A DNA stretch of 39,220 nucleotides, the filler included, from Cladosporium halotolerans (Eukaryota): assembly GCF_011745625.1 (NCBI RefSeq). It is 2 parts of 2 records of this genome, joined end to end, with 100 filler letters (N's around TTAATTAATTAA, not from the genome) between each part and the next. Parts side by side here need not be neighbours in the genome. Positions count along the whole stretch, not along the records: positions 19,735 to 39,220 come from NW_027191549.1; 1 more part is not named here. One strand, given 5' to 3'. How positions within the stretch are numbered: position 1 is the first letter of the stretch; each line of letters begins with the position of its first letter. Shown here in pieces: positions 23,600 through 34,179 of this stretch. Below the pieces are notes generated by a model. The model did not search any database and was not told the origin of the DNA. It was given only the letters and a program-made list of their open reading frames with translations. Made by a program: the position numbers and the translations under genes.

Positions 23600-24079
23600 T
23601 TAAATCAACCTGAGGCTCGCTAGCTTGATGACCAAACTTTCGGTCAGGTTGATTGTTTCCTTGTCATTGTCACGGGCGACCTCGTAGAAGGTACAGTGAC
23701 CGGTGCTGCAAACGAAGTGAAGCTTTCGCCCTTTGTTCGAGCTGGCAACTTGAAGACGGCTCGGCATGTGACATTCGCATCTCGGGTTGACCAAATGGCT
23801 GCCTCGCTCGTCCAGGAAAGTGATGAATTTGTCACATGGCGAGCATTTCAGGTAAGGGCGATTGGCGTTCCCGTTTCTGTTACTCGTCCTCGTTGTGAGC
23901 CTAATGAGGCTTTTCCCACTTTGACAGCATATTGGGCAGCGAGGCTTCCTCGGCTCAGGCGGGTAAACCGGCTGCGAGGTATTTTCGTGCTTGACCCGGG
24001 TCATCTTGCTTGATAGGATGGTCGATCCGCAAATAGAAGTTGACTGATCTTTGCTTGATGTTTTCGAAAACGTCAGCAT
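23600..24079 (-). CDS. Tandem GRF-type zinc-finger protein
   Basis: CPIC...TRTSNRNGNANRPYLKCSPC..F..F.D followed by CEC...SRLQ...GRKLHFVCSTGHCTFY. The start may instead be the ATG at about 24004. Confidence 0.7.
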   Translation of the reverse strand: MLTFSKTSSKDQSTSICGSTILSSKMTRVKHENTSQPVYPPEPRKPRCPICCQSGKSLIRLTTRTSNRNGNANRPYLKCSPCDKFITFLDERGSHLVNPRCECHMPSRLQVASSNKGRKLHFVCSTGHCTFYEVARDNDKETINLTESLVIKLASLRLI

Positions 24080-24637
24080 ATCAAGTCGTGCCCATAACCT
24101 TGGAAAGGAGACGAGTGCATGCTAGCCATCATACCGTGGCCATCCTCATATACTACCAGTCGACAGGGTAAGATGGAGTTCAGGCAACACTGATTGCGCA
24201 GCAAGAGTACGCGTATTCAATCATGAATTTGGGTAGGTTTGAGCTTCTGGAAACTATGAATTCAGCGCCTAGCGCGAACCTCGGAGTTATGCTCAGTGGT
24301 CTACACTGAGAATGTTTTTCCAATTGCAGTAGAGAACTTCTAGTGTTTGATACGATCGTCGATAAGGTTAAGATTATATAACTTGGCTGGCTGGCGGCGA
24401 GTAAGCGCTAGATATTCCTATCTGATCAGATCCACGGTCTTCCTACATCGCCAAAAATAATCTATTGAAGCTTGTCGTAGCAACGGTACCCAGCATGTCC
24501 GGTCGAACTGACGTGAGTAGCATCCTTGATGCAAGACGCAGAGGCGCTTTCAGGTGACAAGCTCGCAATGAAGAGTGGTATTCTGAATACGACGACGATA
24601 TTCCCAGCCTAAGATGCGTGTTAGTCATCATTAAGCT

Positions 24638-25318
24638 TCAGTACCATTGTTGAGACTTGACAGGCTTCAGCCACAATCCCAATAGCAAGACACCCCTTTC
24701 AGAGTTTGTATTACTTTGTCGATCTGGACAGGAAAAGGCTTTGCGCTTCTCCTTCAATTGTACTATTCGCACCTTTAGCTCGCGAGCGTCACATCTCGTG
24801 AATGTTGACTTACGAATGATCTCCCATCCCAGACATTCCACGAAATCTAATACATCCCCAAGCAAATTGTAAGTACCTCTATGACCTAGTACAAGCGACG
24901 CCGATGTCTTACATAACGCTTCTGGTAGTCCGTACATAGAAGCAATAGCCAGAAGCAGCCCTAGATATCCAGCGTTGTGAGCAGAATTCGGCTCTATCAA
25001 GGCAGCAGCAGCCAACCCATTGCTGGGATACAAGGGTAGCAAGGTCTTACACATCAGTTGCTGTGGGGAGAGAAGAAGCTCAGTATCTGTGGTGAGTTGC
25101 GTTGACTTGTCGCCAGGTAGAAAGATCTCCCGTCTAGTGGATGCTTTGTCGATCTGCCCTTTTTTTTAAGTTTGAGCCTAACATCCTCGCAAATGGCTTC
25201 GAGGCATTACAGAGAAGACAGAATGATGCGAAGATCCGGACCTGGTCATCACCGAACACCAGCAAGATGTCTCCTCAGGGTCATTGTCCGCAGCGCTTGC
25301 TGGCATTGTTGACGTCAT
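24638..25318 (-). pseudogene. Frameshifted BTB/POZ-domain gene
   Basis: Across frameshifts it reads DP(E)GDILLVFGDDQVRIFASFCLLCNASKPFARMLGSN.K.GQ...REIFLPGD, then LLLAIASMYGLPEALCKTSASLVL. Shifts occur near 25275 and in the 8-T run at 25160-25167. Confidence 0.65.
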
Positions 25319-26881
25319 GATAGAGGTGGAGTGGCTAAAGCACGCTGATGGAATGCTGAGACCATGCGTTACTTGCTTCAGAGACGCTGATCGATGATGC
25401 AAGCAGGAATCTTCTTCCAAATAGCTCATCAATGTGAAAAGAGTCGGCGTGATCCAAGTGTGACATAGAACTACGCCTTACTCTGCAGGCATGTTATTGA
25501 AGTTTGGGATAATTTCGGTACTTTATTCCACTTCCGCGAGTGTGACATCGTTTCCAAATAATCTACCAGTATTCATAGCCAGCAAAATGGAGCTTGAAGT
25601 TGCAAAATATTAAGGATTGTTTTCCAAGGCACGTGTTTTACCCCGCAGCGATAGTTTCAACAACGCGATGCCCACCCCGCCTAGGAACCTTCAGCTTGGA
25701 TATGCAGGATGTTCATCCTATGTTTATTATCGAGGAAATTCTAAGACTGATAGTCGTAGGTAATGTCGTCACACGGCGGTATTGAGACATTAGATAGATG
25801 ACACTTGAACTCATCTGAACGGCTTAAGTCCCATGAACGGCAAACCCATAAGTCGTGTTCGACCAGACTTGGCTATATCTCTTCGAAGTGGTGGGTTGGA
25901 GACATTTCGTTGTATTTGGAGAAAATGACAAAATGTGCTCTGATTGCCAAGGCGTATATCTTCGAAGACCAGAGTACCCATCCCTGTACGTGTTGAGCGC
26001 AGTACTACGGCATTGTTGGGACGATCTTCAGTTGTGAATTTCATGAATTTTCCGTCACCATCCCGGGAGGTATGCGATTTGTCATTGAAAGACTTCGAAA
26101 GAAGAAACAAAGCTTTTATTGGTAGACCATTTACTATACTTTCTAAAACAATACCGAGTGTAATTCGAGAAAGGCTGTTGAAGGCAGCGATGGAGCTTCC
26201 CGGGAGACAGCGCAATCTGAATCTAACTAGCTAAACTTTATTCAACTCTGCTAACGAATCTAAATTGGAACCCAGCTTCGGCGGAGCGTAAAAAAAAAGC
26301 GGATGCAGAAATCCTTCGGTCCGACCAATGTGCGCACGCACCGCTTCGATAAATCAGACGACTCACTTTTGTGCACTTGGCAAGAAAGTCATTGAAGCAG
26401 CACTATGATACTGGGTTTCCATTGCTCATACTGTATTGACTGTGTAATGCGCATATGTGTTGGAGATTAATGCATCTATACATCTTCCCCCGAACACCCA
26501 AGCTTTCTCAAGATCGGACAAATGGATGGATTTGCTTTTCATAGATTAACGGTCTTTGTCGGACGTTAATCCAGTCTTTGAGAGCTCGTCCACGTTCCAG
26601 CTCCCCCGTACGCGGTAGTAGATGCTGGTGAGACCATCTGTGGTCCGCGGACCGAAGGATTCATGCTTTATCTCAAGCCAGAAAAGCTCTTTGATGATAC
26701 GATGGTACACAATGAAGAATTTCTGCACCTCCGTGTAGGATAGTCTGTTCGACCGTGACCTGCCTTGAGTTAACTCATGCGTTGCGGAATGGCTGTTCGA
26801 TACGTCTGCAGCGCTGACGATCGGTTTACAAGATTCTCATCGCCGCCGGCAGTCAAAATATCACGAGTCGATGTCATGATT

Positions 26882-28468
26882 TCATCCTCTTCCGCTCACA
26901 GCTGCGTTGCCGCAACTACTCTCTCTCTCATCCCCCATCGACGACACCAATTCTGATCCCCGAAATCTTTGAAGTGAGTCTGGATGGAGCAGATGAGACT
27001 CCAAAATGTCGCCTTTGTCGATAGGGTGAAGCGAGACACGCCGAATACCCTCTGAATCCGCCTCCCACATGTAAGGTTTCAAAGCGTATGCGCATACTGA
27101 CGTGCGGTTGAGGATTTCAAATACGTCATTGAGGTCTGGATCGCCGTTGTCATCTATCGGTACTGCAAGTGGTAGATCTGGCCGATTTTCCAGGGCCTCC
27201 AGACCCTCGTTGGATGCGATTGAGAGCACTTGGATGTCCCTATCCAACCGAACGCGTGTCTCTTCTCTCTTACACATGCTGGAAAGCCTCTTCACGCCAG
27301 CGAGGCACACTTGTCTAGCTGTGATAGCATCAGATTCATCCGGATGATGGCGGATGTAGTGCGTCGCTAGAGCCATGAGACACAGCTCTACCCCTGCGGA
27401 TTCGCCGATGCCAAACTCTTGCAGCACTTTGAGAGACGGTGTCAAGGTATCCGCTTCCGGTAGGACGAGAATATGAAACAACACGCAGGGACAGGAAGCG
27501 TAATCACACTGCGCTTCTTGTTCTTTGATCTTTTCTTGATCTTCCGTTTCCTCGGTGAAGATGTCGCGGAGTCGCTTGTAGCGTTGATGGTGATAGTGCG
27601 AAGTCCATGTTAGTATCAAGGAGCACAGAACTTGTGCGAGATGTCTATGTAGCTTCGAAAGGCTACTGCTAGAGCGCAGAGCAAGGACATGCCGCATAAC
27701 GTCGGCGCACATGACTTGCAGTGCAGATGTGTTGTCAAGGGCGTCCAGGATTCGACCATGTCGCAAGACCCGTCCCAGCCATGATCTCCGCAGAACGACA
27801 GCATCCAGTGGGGTGTAGGTATGCTGCAAGCACCAGACATGTTCGTCTCCCTCAAGCTGTCTGTCTTCCTTTGGTGTTTGACCTTTGACCCACAGCCACA
27901 GTTGTGTACTTTTCTGGTCCAGTAACGACAGCGCACGTAAAAGGTCTTCTTGGCCTGGCACTGAACCGTCGCCTTCGCTCCAGATATGACAGAAAACTGT
28001 CAGTAAAAGAGGCCTAGTTTCTCGGAAAGCGTACTGTTTCGATGCCAAGATGGCCAACCAGAAACTAAGAGCGTCTAGTGACACGACCGCGTTGGAGCTT
28101 CTGGTATCTTGGGACGCGGATCGGCCGTCTCTTGTTTGAGCACAGACACTGATGTCTGCCAGGAACACCCGCTTTTTGTCTTTCCGAGAGAGGTCATCGA
28201 GGCGGATTGCTGAGGTCGAAACCACGGGTATGAAACGCTCGGGTGACAGCTCTTCGCTCGCGGCAAAGTGAACCCGGACGAACTTTGCGGCTTTGAATAT
28301 CGGTCCGAGCCTATGGTGAAATGTTTTGTTGACTGCGCAAAGACTTGGCTGTATCTTGTAGCAGACGTGATCTTGTTCGACACTCAGCTCCGCCGCGGAA
28401 GTGGAGAGGAGAGAACCTAAGCATAGCAGAAGGATCTCTTCGGGCAATCTCACGAAAAAATCACACAT
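26882..28468 (-). CDS. Hypothetical 528-aa protein with N-terminal F-box-like motif
   Basis: Long ATG-initiated ORF. FFVRLPEEILLLCLGSLL...SLCAVNKTFH resembles an F-box with an insertion. The remainder is unrecognised and the 3' end may be spliced. Confidence 0.6.
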   Translation of the reverse strand: MCDFFVRLPEEILLLCLGSLLSTSAAELSVEQDHVCYKIQPSLCAVNKTFHHRLGPIFKAAKFVRVHFAASEELSPERFIPVVSTSAIRLDDLSRKDKKRVFLADISVCAQTRDGRSASQDTRSSNAVVSLDALSFWLAILASKQYAFRETRPLLLTVFCHIWSEGDGSVPGQEDLLRALSLLDQKSTQLWLWVKGQTPKEDRQLEGDEHVWCLQHTYTPLDAVVLRRSWLGRVLRHGRILDALDNTSALQVMCADVMRHVLALRSSSSLSKLHRHLAQVLCSLILTWTSHYHHQRYKRLRDIFTEETEDQEKIKEQEAQCDYASCPCVLFHILVLPEADTLTPSLKVLQEFGIGESAGVELCLMALATHYIRHHPDESDAITARQVCLAGVKRLSSMCKREETRVRLDRDIQVLSIASNEGLEALENRPDLPLAVPIDDNGDPDLNDVFEILNRTSVCAYALKPYMWEADSEGIRRVSLHPIDKGDILESHLLHPDSLQRFRGSELVSSMGDERESSCGNAAVSGRG

Positions 28469-29391
28469 CGTCTCTGATGCTTACCGCGAGCGGCGCTTGC
28501 AACTGGAGAGAATCGTTTGACCTCGTTCCTGGCTAGTTCAAGAGCATATTCCCGTCAATTCTGGTGAGACGTCATTTGCGCCCGCGCCACAACATGTGGA
28601 CTCCGCACAATGTGACATTGCTTGGAGAAAGTGGGTCTCGGCTGAAACGTACGCCGGCCCGCTTAAAGGGCCAAGAATTACTCGAGCCGTACGAAAGCAG
28701 CCGTTCAGTCCGAATCAAGGAACCACAGGCCGGGCTGTCGGTGGGCCTGAGCCGTCCCAATCGCTACGAGTGCTCGCGCTTGGAGCGACAAGGATGTTCG
28801 CTGAGTGGAGAGAGCCAAGCAAGGCTGCTTGCACACCAGTCCTTTCCATGTGATCGCGCCCTACAGTATCCGGTCGCTGCGCATGACACTTGAGTCTATG
28901 TAGTTGTGGCTGCAGGGAGGCTTGTCTCATCCGGCCGTCCGCCGCTGTAATCGATGAAGCGCAAGACCCTGCATGCGCCATGCAACACTTTCTGGTCGTC
29001 ACGCCCCGGGCTTTTGCAATTTCTTTGATTGGTATTCATGTCATTGTGCTTCAATGCCCTGATTTGTGTTCACGGGTATGGAACATAGAGAACACATTGC
29101 ACTCGAGAATCCTCGAGAGAGCGGCGTTGAACGGAGGATGGTATTCAAGCTGCGACCAATCAGCCATTTCCTCGGGAGCAGCTCGGTATGCAATATACAG
29201 CCGGTCTGTGAACGTGCGGATCACCCATATCGGCAAATTGTCGCATCTCGCTAGCTTTCTCGGCAACTTCACAAGTCATCACGCGTCACGTCTAGAGAGA
29301 GCAACACGGTCTACGGAGCAGAATATTACGCTACCTCTACCCATGAGCTGGGACTTCCACGCATTTAATGGCGCTTACGAAATACATAACA

Positions 29392-29766
29392 ATGTCGACA
29401 CCTGCGCAAGCTGCGCGTTCCGGTCGGATCCAACCTACGCCAAAGCCTGCTGGCCCCAACGCAAACAATGTGTTCAGCGCGTCGGACGGACAGAATAACG
29501 ATCAGCCACTTTCACAGCCCGCGCGACCCAAGGGGCTTCAAACGGCCGCCAAAATCACAACATGGACCGCTGCAATCGAGCTCGGCGCGTCGAACGGTCA
29601 GGCGGTGATAAAAAAAGCTAGGAGGCGAATGGGAATTGGTCAGATGGGCGCAAGGCGTGGGCGCAAGCAGTATAGGAGGAGCCGAGGCTTCAAATCCACA
29701 ATTTCATTCTGCCATATCTCAACCGCGTTGACCCACCCATGCCAGTGGGCAATCTCCACCATTTGA
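29392..29766 (+). CDS. Possible small basic low-complexity protein
   Basis: ATG in a good fungal context (ACAATGTC) and an open frame only; no recognisable domain. Confidence 0.2.
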   Translation: MSTPAQAARSGRIQPTPKPAGPNANNVFSASDGQNNDQPLSQPARPKGLQTAAKITTWTAAIELGASNGQAVIKKARRRMGIGQMGARRGRKQYRRSRGFKSTISFCHISTALTHPCQWAISTI

Positions 29767-29806
29767 ATCAAAACAGGACGTCAGATGTGCTTCTTCTTCC
29801 AAAGGC

Positions 29807-31165
29807 TCATGAGACACTTTCCATCCTCGCTGTCGTGATGCCGATCGTGGACTCGAACCTTCTCCGTGGACGTACACCGTGTCGTAATGATGCGTAAGAC
29901 ATCTCTCTAGTGGCATCTGCCATGCGCCTTAGTATCCCTATGTCTGCATCCGTCTTTGGCGTAAGCTCTTCCCAGCGCGGAACAGTCCATTTGACCCAAA
30001 TATTACCATGACAAGGCCGCATCTGCGTCTGCAAACAATGCTTGCGGAAATACAAGGCGCAACAGTAACACGATGGCTTGCTGCATGCGATGTATCTGTC
30101 ATCGTCGACAAATTTCAAATCTTTCAGGTAGAAGTACTCCAACATGATCACCTCAGCGTGTGGCCTTGTTTTCAGCTTCTTCCTTGTATTGGCTGAATGA
30201 AACCATTTGACCAAAGAGTCCGCTTTTTGCATTCTTTCAAGTAGTGCTTCACACATGGGGGATTCCTTGAAGTTGGGGAACACTCGCAAGATCAAGTTTC
30301 GCAGGTCTTGATCTAACTGCAAGCAGATTTTCTCGTATTTCGGAGGCTGTACCGATCGCACAACCGCATTACGTATGATGGAGAGAAACTGAGGTGCATA
30401 GACAACGAGAGATATCGAGACCTTCTCCCAGTGGCCCAAGCGAGCTACCAGGTGTCTTGCAGGGGGAAAGAGATCGCTTGCACCCCCCGCAATTGATCCC
30501 TTCAACAAGTCGTATGTCGCAGAGTGTCGGAATACGTGTGCAGCCTTGCAAAGATCATAGTGGCATTCCCTTTCGCCTAGTACAGCTTGTATGCCTGCCC
30601 AGATAATGGCTTCCCACTAGAGTCAGTTGCTATTGACGATCCGACATCTGATGGGAAGGAACTCACCGCTGGACTGAGTATCATCGTCTTGCGCCAAGCT
30701 CTTCTCGGCAATGAGACGATCAAGCCTATCCACGTATGCGGATATTCGATCCCAGCTACGTTGCACCGAACGAAGAGTGATCTCAGCCACGAAGGACTGT
30801 GTATCCGATCCTTCAAGAGAAAAATCGGTGAGAAGGTGCAAGATCTCTTCCAAGTGCCGTCGCGCGCTTTCTTGATGGATATCCGTGGTGGTGATCCAGA
30901 AAGTGACACCATCCGTTCCTTGTTCAACGCCAATAGACACAACGCTTTGCCCTGCATGTTCGGAGTCACAGAGGAAACAGAGGTCGTCCAGGAAGTGATG
31001 CCACATTGACCGGGTGTCAATACTGGTGCTCAAGCTCTGTGCATCCCTAGCATCCGAACCTGATCCATGCTGGAGGAGGCTTAGCAGGAAGAGACTGTCG
31101 TAAAGATCCGACGAAATTGCAGCAGGGTCTTGACTCAAGGTGTAAGACTGTTCGAGGCTTGCCAT
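29807..31165 (-). CDS. OTT_1508-like nucleic acid/nucleotide deaminase
   Basis: N-terminal FLDDLCFLCDSEHAGQSVVSIGVEQ...FWI and catalytic PHAEVIML...YIACSKPSCYCCALYF...CHGNIWVKW. The two exons join in frame via intron 30610-30666 (GTGAGT...CTGAC...AAG). Confidence 0.82.
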
Positions 31166-31465
31166 TCTTGCGTGGTAAGCGCCATCAAAGTACCTGGAGG
31201 TGAGAATACATGGTATATATATGTGTCTTGGGTCGTGGCCACCTTGGTGGAGCACTATGAACGTCCTGCAATATGGGATGCAGTGGCACGACTGGTCTAT
31301 GCAGTACGGCCCAAATACACAGCGAAAGCACTGTTCCCTCGATTGCCGCAATGAAATCATTGAGATGGCGGCGACGCTGGATCTACAGAGGCACATTTTG
31401 TACTTAAATACGGATCGTCAATCGCTCGGCGGATGTCCCTCGTCCCTTATGTGCTCATCAAACAT

Positions 31466-32269
31466 TCAGACCACGATCCCGATCGCCCGACAAGCTGCCC
31501 TATTTGCCAAGTGCTTTGCCTGTTTCTTCGTTCTACCCAATCCCTGATGCTGTGATCCATTGACATAGACACGAGCAGAGAAAAGAAGCGGATTGACAGG
31601 GGACCGCTCAATGTCACACCGCGCCTCCTTTCCAACCCTGTCCCCATACTCTTTGAGTGCCATGCTGTAATGTGCTATATTCGTTTCCAACGGAACCCCC
31701 GGATCTTCGAAATACACGTCTCCATCTTGACGAGCAGGCTGACCTCCACTTGCAGGTCGGTTGATCTCAGTCGGCTCGCGCTCGTCCGAGCTTCCTTCGC
31801 CTTCGACCAATCTCCTCAATTCCCTTTCACCATCTGAGATCGTCAACCTCCCTATAGCAACGCAATAAGTGCGGAAATCCGACGCTCGCGTCATGACACC
31901 AGCCTCTCCCGGTGGATGAGTTCTCGCGCTTCCAATTAGTGCAAGTCGGGCTGCATAAGGAATGCTGGCTTTAAGTCGAATCAACTCCATCTACAAGTTA
32001 CCACATGATTAGCTATCTATGATTGTTGCGTGGGATGATCTTGAGCTCACTTTTAGGTCATCTGGCGTAGCCGTGGCTGCAGAATGGATGACAACATGTC
32101 GTGCGAGTCGAGAATCTAGCACACGCTTGCCGAGCCAGTAAAGATTTTCCTGGTTAGCAGTGTTCGCCGTGCGCTCTGAGCTGAGGTGTTCAAAGTTCGA
32201 GTCATCTGACAAACCATCATCAGAAGGATGATGGGATCTTGTGACTTCGTATTCAAACGGTGAGGACAT
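31466..32269 (-). CDS. Protein with a C-terminal double-stranded RNA-binding domain (dsRBD)
   Basis: YSMALKEYGDRVG...FSARVYVNGSQHQGLGRTKKQAKHLANRAACRAI matches the dsRBD G.G.(S/T)KK.A...A consensus. Phase-0 intron 31991-32050. Confidence 0.8.
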
Positions 32270-33010
32270 GGCTCAACGACGGTGAGTTATTTGGGTTCTC
32301 GTCTGCCAGATGGCTAGTGAGTCTAATTTTTCCTGAGACGAGGCGACAGAGTTCTTTTATGTCTACCCATCGTAACGTGACTCATGGTGTAAGTACGTTC
32401 GATAATTAGGACGCAAGAACGGGTGAGCCTCTATCGAGGATCTGAGCTTGAAGGACCCAAACATTGAGCGGCTCGCGAAGTTGACTCATACAACGACAGC
32501 TCGCAGTGCTACACACTCCTTGGGCACGCCTGCAGACTCCCAAAGTAAAACTTCAATCGTGCGATATAGATGTGGGATGAGCATAGCAAACGATGGCTTG
32601 TTCTGCCTGTAGAGGCGTTGCAGGGGCCGTACGGCGTTTTAGCGCTATATTCGGTGAGCTTTATTGTCATGCATTGCATGCAGCATGCACGCGACATCTG
32701 ATGTCTTGAAGCTTGGGGCTTGTAAGAGCTGATCGAATGATCGCATTATTCCAAGCGATCAAAATAGCGGTGAGTAAAACCTCGATGACTCAAATGATCG
32801 TGAGGTCATACTCCCCGTCAAGGCTTTCGTATCCTCATTTACGGAATAGTAACTCCACCGACTCACCCTTACACCCCAAAATGACAACACGAGAACTCAT
32901 TTGTGCTCTTCAGAAGGTGATACCCACACAATAATGAAGAAAAGGGATTCTCACTCGGCCAATAGTATGACACGGCGGCACTTGACGAGATCCTTGGTCA
33001 TTTGTACACG

Positions 33011-33730
33011 ATGCAGAAGGACAAGAAGAGACGCTCCAAATCTTCGACCTATACAATTCAGAAGCGAGGCGCTCGCGATAATTCTCGCATTGAGAAGTTC
33101 TCCACCTATACTGGCCCTGACTCGACGACTCGTTGGATCTTAGCCAGTAATAGTGTGCAATGGACGAAGAAGCCTCTGTCCTTTTGGGTGCCACCTAATC
33201 ACCCTCTGGAGAGCAACGCAACCCCCGGCGAGCTGATCAAGTTCTACATCAACGCCAATTGCGAAGACCATTAGTCTCGCATGGCTCAGCGTATTGCTTG
33301 CATTGTGCTGCTAGAGCTCCACTCCGACTTTGGCAAGCCGACGGTGGCCGCGCTTGCGCATACGGTGACGATGGGTGCAGGCTCTGCACTTCCGCCCATG
33401 GACATTGAGAAGACAGTCAAAGATATGCTCGGCCACGGCAGCCGATACAAAAATATGGAATTGGCCCTTGGCCCCGGGATATGCCTTGTGTTGGGATGCG
33501 CTTTATCCGAATCGCAGTGAGACACTTCCTCCCGTATAGGAAAGCCATCTGCTGACAGCTTAAGCTGGAACAAGCTATTGACGAAGAGCGGACGTCTGTT
33601 CGATTCAGTGATCGCGCAGGTGAGAAAGACAGAAGCTCTGCAACTCGCTGGAATTTACGCGCCTCTTCAGGCCGAGATTGTGAGACAGAAGATATTGGAT
33701 CTCAAGCAAAGGAGCAGATTTCGAGGTTAG
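33011..33730 (+). pseudogene. Hypothetical gene with a single in-frame TAG (5' end uncertain)
   Basis: ORFs 33002-33274 and 33281-33520 are one frame split only by the TAG at 33272-33274. Intron 33517-33564 leads to HWNKLLTKSGRLFDSVIAQV...FRG*. Confidence 0.55.
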
Positions 33731-34179
33731 GCAAACGATCGTCATAGAACTGGTTGATCTGGGAGAATTCGTTTTTTCGCCACTGTCAGCAGGCTTTCAT
33801 GTATTGAAAAGCCGTGCATCCTGGATGCTATTACAAGAAAGCCCAATCACCCTCGCGACGTACATCCTCGAGCAAACCATTAAGATCATTGATCCTGGAG
33901 GTCATGCTACTCCAATGTGATATCAAATTTCTGCCATACGGGTGGCAGACTCAGTGAAGAAGTATGCCGTCAGTTGTCTGAAAGTTCACATTGACTCTGC
34001 CATGGAAGGTTCTTACTTGGTTTGTCCTGAACGCCTGCCCAACCACTATGATTGATTGCAGTGAACACAAAAGCGTAGGACTGGCGCAATGGAGGAATCA
34101 CTCGGATGTCCTGGTCGCTCAAGGACATCTGACCCAAGTACCGATTGTTCAGTTGTAATACGTCAACTACGCTCGTACC

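Noticed and set aside
25594..26234. Possible decayed gene (MFIIEEILRLIV..., several short ORFs)
   Set aside because: Many stops and no family could be recognised; a translated search is needed.
28890..29498. ORF containing VIDEAQD, resembling a UvrD helicase Walker B motif
   Set aside because: No Walker A or other helicase motifs nearby and the composition looks non-coding; probably chance.
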